This document shows positions 49,773 through 59,792 of a stretch of DNA of 64,000 bases, piece after piece. Where the stretch lies: positions 1-64,000 of the IMG/VR virus record IMGVR_UViG_3300026512_000005; one strand, written 5' to 3'. This DNA comes from a virus. A program made the position numbers and the translations under genes. Each line of letters opens with the position of its first letter. The stretch's first letter is position 1. The notes under the pieces are model-generated. The model had not been told where the DNA came from. It ran no database searches and saw only the letters and a program-made list of their open reading frames with translations.

Positions 49773-49831
49773 ATTTATAATCCTTTTTAATCAGTTAAAA
49801 TATGGTTATTAACAAAAGCACGAAGCCTTTG

Positions 49832-51865
49832 TTAATCTAGGTCATATTTCAATACCTCGTTTGGCTTTAAGAACACATCCATAGGATGGTCAGGTTTACC
49901 ATCTTCTTTATATAACATTGGGTCGAATACTTTATTCTGTAAATCATCCCAGTTATATGATGCACCTAAACTACGATAGTCTATGGCTTGTTTAAATCCT
50001 ATAATATCGCTTAACTCACCTGCTCTACCTAAGTCATAATCTTGATTTGTAATGTCATTAACCGTAAAGGCATAAACTATAACTTCAATGATGGCTCTGT
50101 TTACAGATAACTTACTATTAAGTAAATCAAATAGATTCTGTACTAAAACAGATGGTGTATATTCAGAACGAATTACACCGTCGACACTTTTGAACTTATG
50201 TGACTTTAACATAGATTTAAACTCTTTGTTTAGTAAGGCTAAGTTAAATTCTATCTTGTCATACTTGAACACCGGTTCCTTATGATTAAAATCGTTTATG
50301 TTTATAAGATAATGTTCCTCATCATATGTTTCATAACCATTCTTAATAACATACGCTAATAAGTCCTTAGATAAAAATGTTTTAGCACCATTCACTTTTA
50401 ATGGTAATTCTATCTCTTCCTCTTCACCATGTTTACCTCTAATGATAAGGCTAACAGTATCAATTTTAGATACCTTATTAACATTAATACTAAAGATATC
50501 TTTTACTTTCATTATATTATCAAGACCCCATGTTTCATCTTGTCTTACTTTTAGATAAACAGTTTTAACTTTCTTATTTAAAACGTTAGCTCTAAAATAT
50601 AAATTCTCATTCTCACGAATGATAAGATATTGTTTAACCTTAGCCAGTAGTTTTATAGAAGCACTCTCAGCAGTTTTAAGTAAGTGCTTAGCCGATAGTA
50701 ATCCTTGTGACATGAGTACCATTAGTGTTACTGTTATAATACTACCTAAATTTTGATGAACTAATATGGAATCAGCTATTTCCCCAATACATGCTCTACA
50801 TATTTTGTACTTATCTTTGTAACCACAATACATTGCTTCACGTATCTTAATACTTCTACCTATTAAATGTTTATCGTCTTTAGTTATAACCTTCTCGACA
50901 TTTGTATCTGGGCAAATATAGCGTTTACCGACCATATTATGTAAGTCAGAATCACACACTTTATTACCTAACTCGTCAAATGTGACATCTTTAACATATA
51001 CGTCTACATATGTAGGATTACCACAATCCTCGTGAACTACACCCTTAATTAACATAGTCAGGATGGTTATCTCTCTGTTAGCATATTCAGCATCCTGAAT
51101 AGACTTACCTGATAACCACAGAGCTTTTGTGCCGGCTCTACTTTCTATTATTGCCTCATAAATATTCTTAAACCCTAGTGTAAAGCTATTAGTCATTGGC
51201 ACACTGAAAATCTTACTATTTAACTCTGTAATATAGCCACGTGACGCTAACCACTGTTTCATTTGTCCAGCGTTACCTATACCTGACAAATACATAAGGG
51301 CTATAGAATTACCATGATAGATAGGTTTGGATATAACCTTATCTAAAGTTTTGTATGTATCTTGTATAGTTTGTGGCGATGGTCGCTCAGCTGCTTTAAT
51401 CATACTCTTAATTAAATCTTTGTCAAATTGTATATGTAACGCATCTGTAACAGACAGTCCTAGACTATAACGCAGAAGTTTTTTAGATATAAGTCTATTG
51501 ATACTCTCTATATTTAAATAGAAGTCCTTAAACAAGTCTTCAGCTATTTCATTACTCTTATGTTTTTCTATATATGGTTTAACAATAGCTCTATAAATCT
51601 TACTATATATAGAACTATATGTCTTATTAGAGAAGTAGCCATTGTTATAATGGTTACCTATCCATATGTCTGATGTAATCATTACGTCATATTTTACTAT
51701 GAAATCGGTAAAAGCTCTGAAGAATATGATGTCTTTAAAGTAACAATTTTCATACACCACATCATCTTCAAAGCGTAATGAGAAGTTACGTTTTAATTCT
51801 AGTATCTGCTCTATATCCAACTGGTAGAGTGTACGTACATTTATTATTCTTTTACTCATTGGCAT
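49832..51865 (-). CDS. rpoC: non-virion RNA polymerase beta' subunit, C-terminal part (phiKZ gp74-like)
   Basis: QWLASRGYITE, ESRAGTKAL...AEYANR bridge helix, EDCG, CRACIG, SQGLLSAKH. Confidence 0.88.
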   Translation of the reverse strand: MPMSKRIINVRTLYQLDIEQILELKRNFSLRFEDDVVYENCYFKDIIFFRAFTDFIVKYDVMITSDIWIGNHYNNGYFSNKTYSSIYSKIYRAIVKPYIEKHKSNEIAEDLFKDFYLNIESINRLISKKLLRYSLGLSVTDALHIQFDKDLIKSMIKAAERPSPQTIQDTYKTLDKVISKPIYHGNSIALMYLSGIGNAGQMKQWLASRGYITELNSKIFSVPMTNSFTLGFKNIYEAIIESRAGTKALWLSGKSIQDAEYANREITILTMLIKGVVHEDCGNPTYVDVYVKDVTFDELGNKVCDSDLHNMVGKRYICPDTNVEKVITKDDKHLIGRSIKIREAMYCGYKDKYKICRACIGEIADSILVHQNLGSIITVTLMVLMSQGLLSAKHLLKTAESASIKLLAKVKQYLIIRENENLYFRANVLNKKVKTVYLKVRQDETWGLDNIMKVKDIFSINVNKVSKIDTVSLIIRGKHGEEEEIELPLKVNGAKTFLSKDLLAYVIKNGYETYDEEHYLININDFNHKEPVFKYDKIEFNLALLNKEFKSMLKSHKFKSVDGVIRSEYTPSVLVQNLFDLLNSKLSVNRAIIEVIVYAFTVNDITNQDYDLGRAGELSDIIGFKQAIDYRSLGASYNWDDLQNKVFDPMLYKEDGKPDHPMDVFLKPNEVLKYDLD

Positions 51866-51882
51866 TTCCTTATGTTTTCTTA

Positions 51883-54129
51883 TTAAACAGCGTCTACATC
51901 TTCCACTGTGGTAACATGTATAGTATCTGTTTCCACGTATTGTCGTTTCTCCACATATCTATTCTTATCCTTGACATGTTTAATCTCTATACCTACAGAC
52001 GAGTATAATGTGTTAAGTATTTCTAACCCTCTATCTGTACCAAATTTAACCGTCTTTCTGTCGATAAGTTTTGGTATATTAGTGGGTTGTGCTGCTGATA
52101 GTATTTTACTATAAACCATTTTATGTGTTGTTAGTGAAGCGTTCATGTCCTTTAATTCTGCCATTAGTTCTTGACCACCGTAGGCTACATAAATCCTACC
52201 CTCAGTTTCACCATTTGTACGAACTGGATTATTTTTATACGGTAAAGCATTTTTATCTTTCTTATTAACTACTACTGGTAAACCATGATAGTTAACAGAA
52301 GCTGATGAAGTTGTTAAAATGTCGTCTGCTATTTTATTTAACATAATAATATACATAGGTGCAATCATTATGTCATCTACAGTAGTAGCTGTGACACCAT
52401 CCAGTGTAAAGGTAACTGGACCACTATCTGCCGCATAAATAGATTGTTTAAGTTCCTCTACTATCATATACTTACGCTTTTCATTATCTAATCGTAGGTA
52501 TATTTTAAATGCATCCTCTACTATATTAATTATAGTTAAACGCATTACTTCATAATTATTACTACTATATATATTCTCATATTTATCAGTGAACATATTT
52601 TGTAATATTCTAGCGAAACCTAGAGGTATCTTAAATAATTCTTTAGCATCGTCATCAGTTATATTAGATGGATTACTATATCCTAATTCACTTAGTCGCT
52701 TAGCTACTAGTTTCTCTACTTTTAACATACTACCTTTTATGTAGTATTCATAAAGTCTACCGCCATTTAACCGACTCGGGGTAGATTTAATGTCACCTAT
52801 TACATCCGCAACATTACCAAACGCATCCCTAGGCATATCCTTCTTAGGGAGTATTTTCGTGATGATTCCTTTATTAGCGGAGAAATCCGTGAACTTAGGA
52901 CCTTTTATTTTAGGTAGAAATGTATGTTCTATAACTATCTCTAAACGATATAGAGACAGAGGTGATAACTTATACATCTTCTTCAGTTTACTATTAGGTC
53001 TAGCACTCTCCACCATACCATACGCCTCTACAATTAGTGTATTGAAACTTTCACCTACAATTAGATCGGTACCTGTTATAGCTCGAGTTTCTTTATTTAA
53101 CGTTTCATAAACATCTATAATTTGTTTATAATAGTCAATGGTAGATGCGTGGTATTTTTCTAATAGTTCATCTGTTTTAGTTGGTATACGTTTTCTCCGT
53201 TTAGGATTTTTGAATACTTTAACATCTACTACTAGACCGCCACCTGTCCTATCGTACACTACTTCGTCGAATATAGGATTGTATTCACATAAATCTTTCT
53301 TACTTAACAACCCAGCCGCGTATCTATAATCATATTTACGTTTGGCAAATACTACACCATCCTCGTTTATACGTTCGCCAAGTTCTTTAAAAGGAACGTA
53401 TTTCTCTGGGTCACCACTCTGGTTTATAAGAAATTCATCTTCATCTATTTCTATGGTTCTAGTCTCATAAAGATTAAACTTAAACTTTTCACAAAATTCA
53501 TCGCTAACCATAAACCCATCCTCATCGTTCTGTTCTAACGGCATCAAACATACGTTGACATTACGACCATCACCGTAACTACCATCTTCCTTTATAGAAC
53601 CAGAACTTGCTAAGATAGTTCCTGACTCCACTATATCCCCACGAACATAATTTTCTACCTCATCTGCTATTTTATTTTCATAACCAAAATACGTATGTAA
53701 CTTGCTATATCTAGGTATTTCTATACAATTAATTATACCGGAATCTATCTCTCTATATATTATAAGACTTTCTGCAGATAAAGAGCTACCATATGTGTGG
53801 TGTCGTTTTACTACAGATATAATCTCACTTGTTCTCTCTATCTTTTTCATAAGACTATACTTACCTAATTCATAATCAACACCAGTTTGTATCGTGTTAA
53901 TATCCGTTTCGCATAGTGTTAATGTATTGGAGCGTTGTGATGCACCCATTATACCACGTGGGGAACTATTATGCTCTATGGCAAAGTTGTTGCCTGATGT
54001 CGAAAAGAACTTATGGTTTAATTTAAGTCTTGGGTCTGTTTCTACAAACCAACTCATATTTTCTTTAAAGAACTCCAAGTTCCCACGATGCACTTGTTCT
54101 AATGCTTGTTTATTTACGAAACCTCTCAT
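51883..54129 (-). CDS. rpoB: non-virion RNA polymerase beta subunit, C-terminal part (phiKZ gp71-73-like)
   Basis: HNSSPRGIM..Q, NDEDGF, KFTDFSANKGII, SRLNGG, RTNGETEGR. Confidence 0.9.
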   Translation of the reverse strand: MRGFVNKQALEQVHRGNLEFFKENMSWFVETDPRLKLNHKFFSTSGNNFAIEHNSSPRGIMGASQRSNTLTLCETDINTIQTGVDYELGKYSLMKKIERTSEIISVVKRHHTYGSSLSAESLIIYREIDSGIINCIEIPRYSKLHTYFGYENKIADEVENYVRGDIVESGTILASSGSIKEDGSYGDGRNVNVCLMPLEQNDEDGFMVSDEFCEKFKFNLYETRTIEIDEDEFLINQSGDPEKYVPFKELGERINEDGVVFAKRKYDYRYAAGLLSKKDLCEYNPIFDEVVYDRTGGGLVVDVKVFKNPKRRKRIPTKTDELLEKYHASTIDYYKQIIDVYETLNKETRAITGTDLIVGESFNTLIVEAYGMVESARPNSKLKKMYKLSPLSLYRLEIVIEHTFLPKIKGPKFTDFSANKGIITKILPKKDMPRDAFGNVADVIGDIKSTPSRLNGGRLYEYYIKGSMLKVEKLVAKRLSELGYSNPSNITDDDAKELFKIPLGFARILQNMFTDKYENIYSSNNYEVMRLTIINIVEDAFKIYLRLDNEKRKYMIVEELKQSIYAADSGPVTFTLDGVTATTVDDIMIAPMYIIMLNKIADDILTTSSASVNYHGLPVVVNKKDKNALPYKNNPVRTNGETEGRIYVAYGGQELMAELKDMNASLTTHKMVYSKILSAAQPTNIPKLIDRKTVKFGTDRGLEILNTLYSSVGIEIKHVKDKNRYVEKRQYVETDTIHVTTVEDVDAV

Positions 54130-54152
54130 TGTACTTCCTTTTTATTATTGTA

Positions 54153-54171
54153 TTTACATTTTAATAATATA
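54153..54171 (-). promoter_or_regulatory. putative early promoter
   Basis: TATATTATTAAAATGTAAA preceded by CTCTATCCTTTTATT. Confidence 0.75.
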
Positions 54172-54204
54172 TACTAATAAAAGGATAGAGGTCAAACCTT
54201 TATA

Positions 54205-54230
54205 ATATATAGGACAAACGTCCTATATAT
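54205..54230 (-). terminator. hairpin/terminator
   Basis: ATATATAGGAC-aaac-GTCCTATATAT. Confidence 0.6.
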
Positions 54231-54543
54231 CTTTAATATTAGAAATTATGGTTTCCACTGTTTCAGGGTTAAGTATCATAAGATTTAACCTACCATCATA
54301 AGTTAATGATGATTTAAACCCATTGATACGTATTATTAAATAAATAGCAAAATTTGGTATATTAAATTCATTATGAAGTAACCCATACAAATTACCTTTA
54401 TATTTTTCACCTTTATACGGTTCAAGCGTTACCATCGTTATATTATCACGAATTAATTGTGTATCCAGTAATGATTCAAATTTGTGAATAGTTTCTGCAT
54501 CCAGTTGCATTGTATCATCACCCATCATATTTACTATATCCAT
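54223..54543 (-). CDS. small conserved protein (LysM/tail-X-like pattern)
   Basis: ATG 54543 after GGAG; YKGNLYGLL...IIRING...YDG. Confidence 0.55.
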   Translation of the reverse strand: MDIVNMMGDDTMQLDAETIHKFESLLDTQLIRDNITMVTLEPYKGEKYKGNLYGLLHNEFNIPNFAIYLIIRINGFKSSLTYDGRLNLMILNPETVETIISNIKDI

Positions 54544-54555
54544 AGTTACAACTCC

Positions 54556-54600
54556 AAAAAAAAAATGTCTATAGGGGAGGGTTACCACCCAGCCCCTATA
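54556..54600 (-). terminator. intrinsic terminator
   Basis: GC-rich stem TATAGGGG..GGGT/ACCC..CCCCTATA followed by T10 on minus strand. Confidence 0.75.
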
Positions 54601-55988
54601 ACTCTAGCATGTCCATGCTGTGTCTGTACATTACGTACGCTACCATGATTACTGACTGCACGTGTAGGTTCTCGACTATTAACTAGTCTTGGTGTAGCAC
54701 GACTAGCGTAAGAACTACGTCCATTATCATAATCCCTAGACTGTGGTCTATTATAACTAGGCTGTCTATTATAAGACTGTCTATCGTACATATCCTCATT
54801 AGCTGGTAGACGATCGTTACGTACTGGTGGGTTTTCCCAAGGTGGCAAATCAGCAGTACGTTGATCGTATCTAACAGCTGGTTCTCTAATAGGTTCGCGA
54901 ACTGGACGACTATACGATGCAGGTTGACGATCGTAACTTCTGACTGGTGGTAAGGCTGGTTCTCTAGACTTACTCTCCATTCTATCCCAGAAACTACCAG
55001 TATCGGCTTTTGCCCTTGCGGTTGTGACTGGAGTATTAGATACAGGTATACTACCAGTTAACTCCGAAGGTGTACGTTTTATCTCTTGTTCCATATCATT
55101 AATAATACCAGTTAGATCGACTATATTATATGGTAAAGGTTTAAGTCTTATGAGCTCCTTAATATCATCCTCTATATCGGAAGTTAAGACTGAAGCTATT
55201 ATATTTTCTAACTTACTGTATATTCTATCATACATTGTTAATAACACGTGCGTCGATGGTGCTATTCGATTTAAACTACCTATTTGAATACCGTCAACTA
55301 TATTTGTAATATCTCCCACTATAAATTCAAATAATGATTTAAATGTATGTACGTCTTTGTTACGTAATTTAACATCTAGTACCGTTGTTTCTTTACTAGG
55401 TAAAGTGAATAGTTCTTCACCTATGGGGAAAGTTATTACGCCTATACGGTTATATTTGACATCATTTAACTTGCCACCCTTTGATACTACCAAAGTGATA
55501 TGTTTTTTACTAATGTACTTGTTAACAATATTTTCATATATATGTGACCAGTTTTCCACAGTCTTTTGGTCTATAAGTGTCTTAGCTGTAGACTTATAAC
55601 GACTCACTAATGAAGACAATTTCATCAGAGATAAATCATTGACTTCAGTATCGGTACTGGCTAATTTAACTAATAACGCTTCACATAGATAATGTATGAC
55701 ACCTAATAATTTAACTTCCATACTAGTCCGTAATTTATTAAAACTGGCGTTACCACCTTTAACCGTACTCTCTAGTAGGGGGTTAAATAATGACTTAACG
55801 GCATTACCATTCACATCCGTTAATGTGGCTATGTTATCATCTGTAGGTAGGAATGCTGGTAACTTGTTAATAAGCAGTGGTGTTTTACCATCTGCTATTG
55901 GTACGAAAAGTTGACCATTATCATCAACCACTAAATCTATCATCTCACATAGTCCTCTATAGAACTTTGTTAATACTGTATCTTTCAT
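54582..55988 (-). CDS. conserved Chimalliviridae core protein (phiKZ gp70 position) with disordered R/S/Y/P-rich tail
   Basis: LFNPLLES motif; synteny; low-complexity C-terminus. Confidence 0.6.
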   Translation of the reverse strand: MKDTVLTKFYRGLCEMIDLVVDDNGQLFVPIADGKTPLLINKLPAFLPTDDNIATLTDVNGNAVKSLFNPLLESTVKGGNASFNKLRTSMEVKLLGVIHYLCEALLVKLASTDTEVNDLSLMKLSSLVSRYKSTAKTLIDQKTVENWSHIYENIVNKYISKKHITLVVSKGGKLNDVKYNRIGVITFPIGEELFTLPSKETTVLDVKLRNKDVHTFKSLFEFIVGDITNIVDGIQIGSLNRIAPSTHVLLTMYDRIYSKLENIIASVLTSDIEDDIKELIRLKPLPYNIVDLTGIINDMEQEIKRTPSELTGSIPVSNTPVTTARAKADTGSFWDRMESKSREPALPPVRSYDRQPASYSRPVREPIREPAVRYDQRTADLPPWENPPVRNDRLPANEDMYDRQSYNRQPSYNRPQSRDYDNGRSSYASRATPRLVNSREPTRAVSNHGSVRNVQTQHGHARVIGAGW

Positions 55989-56005
55989 TTTTTTCCTTTT
56001 CCTTT

Positions 56006-57478
56006 TTATGTATAGTACTCATTGACCATTCCACGTGTAGCATCTCTAGAAACCTCTAATGCTGCATGTAACGCTGTCTCTGTTATTTCCCCATAATTTT
56101 CAGCCATTATATCTTGTCGCATATCATCCATTATAATTGGTGTATATTTAGCATCGGCAAATGTTGGATAGATATACACTACTTCTGGGCGACCATCCAA
56201 TGCCATTTTAATTGTCATATCAGTACCATAACAAAATATTTCTAATTTAACTTGTGATTTATTATTGTTAGAAATAATACTCCAAGCCTTGTTTATGAAT
56301 GTTGTTACAAATATCTCGCCTTGTATAGGTAAATTGATATTCTCTATAACTGATGTTAATCCATCTACTGTATACATCGGTTCGCCAGCTACATTATTAA
56401 TAGTAAAAACTACATCATCCAAGATTGACATTGACATAATGTGTGATACTGCGTCTTGTATGACCAAGGACATTCTTGTTTCATAACTGGAATCATCTGT
56501 GTACGCACCGTCATCAGTTAAGAACTGGTTACTATTAATTCTTTTAGCTGTATCTGTAGATGTCCTTACTATTATGTCTGGGTACTGACTATCTATTAAG
56601 GATAAATCCTCTAGGGTGAAATCAGTGGCTTCACGTGATTGTATCTGGTATAATAGTTTATAGAAGTCTATGTCACTAGATGTTAGCGATAACAGGTCAC
56701 CTGTTGCTGTATCATAGATGTCGCTATCTGTTCCAGTAACACCATTTATCATAGCGTTGTCCATCAATGTAGATATAGTTTTAGATAGATGACCCATAGG
56801 TGTTGTTTCATCTTTACTAGTAATCTGTACATTATCCAGTGAACCTATGTTGGACACGAACTTAGTATTTGCACGAACACCTTTTAAACTAGAAATTCTA
56901 GACATAATATCATCTGGTCTAGATACCTTTAGCTGACTCATGATATTATTCATAGATACAGCTGTTTCATCATATGCAACACTATATACACCTAATGGTA
57001 CTGTAACAATACTACCTGTATGGTAATCTACAGTTTTACGTAAAACACTAATACTATTTATGAATATACGCATTTTATCATCTATAGTACCCTTATAGGA
57101 AATACCTAGAAACTCTGAATACCCAGAGATATAGTTAATGGTTGTGGTATTAGACCCTCTGTGTTTTATCTCTAATACTATAGTTACAAAGAAACGCTTC
57201 TCACTCCATCCATTAATAATTGGTGCTTGTGAAATAATTTGTGCAGATGGCATGAGTATATTGGGGTTAGCTTTGTTCATATATGTTTCTATCATATCAC
57301 GATTGGTACTACCTCTACCCATAGCGTTAATCACTACCGACTTAATTTTATTTAAATCATCATAATTAGCACTGACCTCATATGGTCGTATATTCATAGG
57401 TTTATATGATTTTGTTTCGATTAGTTCGATATGCGTTATACGTATATCAGGACCTTGTTGCTGTTGCGGGTAATTCAT
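56006..57478 (-). CDS. putative PicA/Imp1 nuclear-import factor (phiKZ gp69 position)
   Basis: IRPYE, IINGWSEKRF, ISGYSE, SRPDD, YPTFAD motifs; lies directly after the gp68-like gene. Confidence 0.6.
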   Translation of the reverse strand: MNYPQQQQGPDIRITHIELIETKSYKPMNIRPYEVSANYDDLNKIKSVVINAMGRGSTNRDMIETYMNKANPNILMPSAQIISQAPIINGWSEKRFFVTIVLEIKHRGSNTTTINYISGYSEFLGISYKGTIDDKMRIFINSISVLRKTVDYHTGSIVTVPLGVYSVAYDETAVSMNNIMSQLKVSRPDDIMSRISSLKGVRANTKFVSNIGSLDNVQITSKDETTPMGHLSKTISTLMDNAMINGVTGTDSDIYDTATGDLLSLTSSDIDFYKLLYQIQSREATDFTLEDLSLIDSQYPDIIVRTSTDTAKRINSNQFLTDDGAYTDDSSYETRMSLVIQDAVSHIMSMSILDDVVFTINNVAGEPMYTVDGLTSVIENINLPIQGEIFVTTFINKAWSIISNNNKSQVKLEIFCYGTDMTIKMALDGRPEVVYIYPTFADAKYTPIIMDDMRQDIMAENYGEITETALHAALEVSRDATRGMVNEYYT

Positions 57479-57503
57479 GTTACCTCCTTATATCTTTTTT
57501 ATA

Positions 57504-57522
57504 TTTACATTTTAATAATATA
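57504..57522 (-). promoter_or_regulatory. putative early promoter
   Basis: TATATTATTAAAATGTAAA. Confidence 0.72.
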
Positions 57523-57528
57523 TGTATG

Positions 57529-59076
57529 TTAATGTTTAGAGTCTACTGTTAGTATCATATGGGCTAACTCATTTTTTATATCTTCTCGTATCGCAACTTC
57601 ACGATTTCGTGTATCGAAGTAACGCTCTAATAAATCTTCGCTAAATATACTAAATAAATTATAACCCATAAGTTTTTTACTTAAAATAGTTATACTGTCA
57701 TCTATATAGTTCACTTCTTTTTCTTGTCCATTAATTACGCTATCCTTCTGATACGGAAACGCTTCAATAAGACCATCGCGAATTTCGCTATCCAATTTAT
57801 TCCGTAGTGAGAAATTTAACTTAAATACATCTGTACTTATAGAGGTTGTAGTTAACATAAGTGCTAGGTTTTCGTAACCATTTTCGTATAGCCATATAAA
57901 GGACAAAGCCAAATGTATAAATGTTTCGCCCTCTAAGTACACAAAAGCACGAGGGTCCATTATATGTTTATGTATGATGCTAGCTATATAAATGTTCTCT
58001 TCTACTGGCAATAAATCCAAGGTTGTTTCTAATGATTTAAAAACTTTGATAATCTCATTAACTTCTTGTAGTTTTGTTGTAATACCTAAATCATGCACCA
58101 ACTTAGGTACGTTTCTAGATACATTTTTAAACTCTTCTATAAAACCACTATTAACATCAGAATTAGACCGACCACTTTCAAATACTGATTCTGCATCACC
58201 TGTATCGGTATCTTCGTTCTTGAAATACTTTATCTTTGTCTTAGACCCATTCTCTTTTAGATTAAGTTGGTCAGAAGCAAATGTATATATCTTAGTTACT
58301 GTATTTCGTAACTCACTATCCTCCGTTTCATTGTTTAATAATAATTTCTGTATAACAACTTTACCTGTTACATAAAATGGAAAGATATCAGTTGTCAGAT
58401 TACGTTCGATTATCTTTATAGCTGTACCCTCACTATTCTTCAATAATCGTTCCACCAATTTTATTAGTGATTGAAATATTTTAACAAATGGGTCAGATTT
58501 AAACAATGGGTGTGTTCTATAGAAATTAAAAAGTATCATCTCCTTATAATCAGTGCCGCCTATTACTTCCTCTTTAATAGTTGCAAAATTACCAAGTGGA
58601 CCTGTTGTTGCTTTAAGTATAGTTATTAAAGCGATAAGTTCGATATAATCGTTACGAGTATATGTTTGCTCCCTTGAACCTTTTTCGTCTAGGTCACGTG
58701 TTGTATCGTACTCTTCCGGAAACTTAGGTGGTATTTTAACATACTTAGATGTTTTAATATATTCTATCACATCTTGTAAGTCCATATAGTCTAGAACGTT
58801 ATGGATTACCTTATTGGGTAGAACATCTACGTCATCACGAGATATGTTGAGAATAATCAGGTTTTTACATTCTACTAACCGATCGTATAATCCGTCTATA
58901 TACTCCTTACCTTTATATTCTAAATATCCATTTAGAATAACAAATACCGATTTTGGTAGTATTGCATCTCGTAATCTTCTATTAACAATAGTCTCTATTA
59001 CAAACTCTACTGTTTTACCAGTTGTATTTGTAAAGACCACTGACACCTCCGTATTAACATTCTTTAATGAATACAT
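57529..59076 (-). CDS. non-virion RNAP fifth, promoter-specificity subunit (phiKZ gp68-like)
   Basis: 515 aa, REQTYTRNDYIELIAL, SVFES; synteny. Confidence 0.7.
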   Translation of the reverse strand: MYSLKNVNTEVSVVFTNTTGKTVEFVIETIVNRRLRDAILPKSVFVILNGYLEYKGKEYIDGLYDRLVECKNLIILNISRDDVDVLPNKVIHNVLDYMDLQDVIEYIKTSKYVKIPPKFPEEYDTTRDLDEKGSREQTYTRNDYIELIALITILKATTGPLGNFATIKEEVIGGTDYKEMILFNFYRTHPLFKSDPFVKIFQSLIKLVERLLKNSEGTAIKIIERNLTTDIFPFYVTGKVVIQKLLLNNETEDSELRNTVTKIYTFASDQLNLKENGSKTKIKYFKNEDTDTGDAESVFESGRSNSDVNSGFIEEFKNVSRNVPKLVHDLGITTKLQEVNEIIKVFKSLETTLDLLPVEENIYIASIIHKHIMDPRAFVYLEGETFIHLALSFIWLYENGYENLALMLTTTSISTDVFKLNFSLRNKLDSEIRDGLIEAFPYQKDSVINGQEKEVNYIDDSITILSKKLMGYNLFSIFSEDLLERYFDTRNREVAIREDIKNELAHMILTVDSKH

Positions 59077-59101
59077 ATTTACTTCCTTTTATATTATTAT
59101 G

Positions 59102-59120
59102 TTTACATCTTAATAATATA
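59102..59120 (-). promoter_or_regulatory. putative early promoter
   Basis: TATATTATTAAGATGTAAA preceded by CTCTATCCTTTTATT. Confidence 0.75.
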
Positions 59121-59151
59121 TGCCAATAAAAGGATAGAGGTTAAAGTACAC

Positions 59152-59179
59152 CTATCATATGGTGTTTTCCATATGATAG
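59152..59179 (-). terminator. hairpin/terminator
   Basis: CTATCATATGG-tgtttt-CCATATGATAG. Confidence 0.6.
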
Positions 59180-59186
59180 TTTCTTG

Positions 59187-59747
59187 TTAATAGGCTTTAT
59201 CTTTTTTAACTTCTAAACCCTCTGGAAACATATCTAACATGGCTTTGACGGTATCGGAGTACGCCTCCGTCCATAGTGTAGACAATTTGGTTTTATCTTT
59301 AATTAACTCACCATTTTCAACAATTGTTATATATGGGGTTGGCAATAAACCGAATGAAAACTTCTGTTCCTTGTCAGTAGTTATCTGTATAACGTTAACT
59401 AACCCACCGTCTGTTTTAACTCGTAATATCGTAAGTTTACCATTTAACACCTTTTCGTTGTGTACACGCTTGTCATCTTCAAATTTAGCACCATATAGAT
59501 TAAACGTAACACTATAACCTTCTTTCTCATCATTGATACGAGCTAAAGCTCTACTGAATAGTCTAGAGTTAATATGTGTTAATGCCAAGTTACCTACAGA
59601 ATCGAAAGACTTATAATCATCGCGTTTAACTGTATTAATATAAAGTCTAATAGTACCATTATATACACCATATGATAACGTTAAAAGTTTATTATCTTTT
59701 ATTTCTTTATAGAGTTTCAATTTACTCATTATTACATTTACATTCAT
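59187..59747 (-). CDS. putative ChmC-like Whirly-fold RNA-binding protein (phiKZ gp67 position)
   Basis: two beta-strand-plus-helix units (LTLSYGVYNGTIRLYINT ... GKLTILRV); directly upstream of the gp68-like gene. Confidence 0.5.
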   Translation of the reverse strand: MNVNVIMSKLKLYKEIKDNKLLTLSYGVYNGTIRLYINTVKRDDYKSFDSVGNLALTHINSRLFSRALARINDEKEGYSVTFNLYGAKFEDDKRVHNEKVLNGKLTILRVKTDGGLVNVIQITTDKEQKFSFGLLPTPYITIVENGELIKDKTKLSTLWTEAYSDTVKAMLDMFPEGLEVKKDKAY

Positions 59748-59792
59748 TTGTTACTTCCTTATTTATATTTATCATATAAGATATCGTAGTTA

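Noticed and set aside
5943-54129. Group I introns or homing endonucleases in RNAP or nrd genes
   Set aside because: These genes are continuous; no HNH or GIY-YIG ORF seen
54544-54588. Frameshift at the T10 run, or GTG start at 54588
   Set aside because: The run follows a GC-rich stem (terminator) and the next gene has its own GGAG-ATG at 54543
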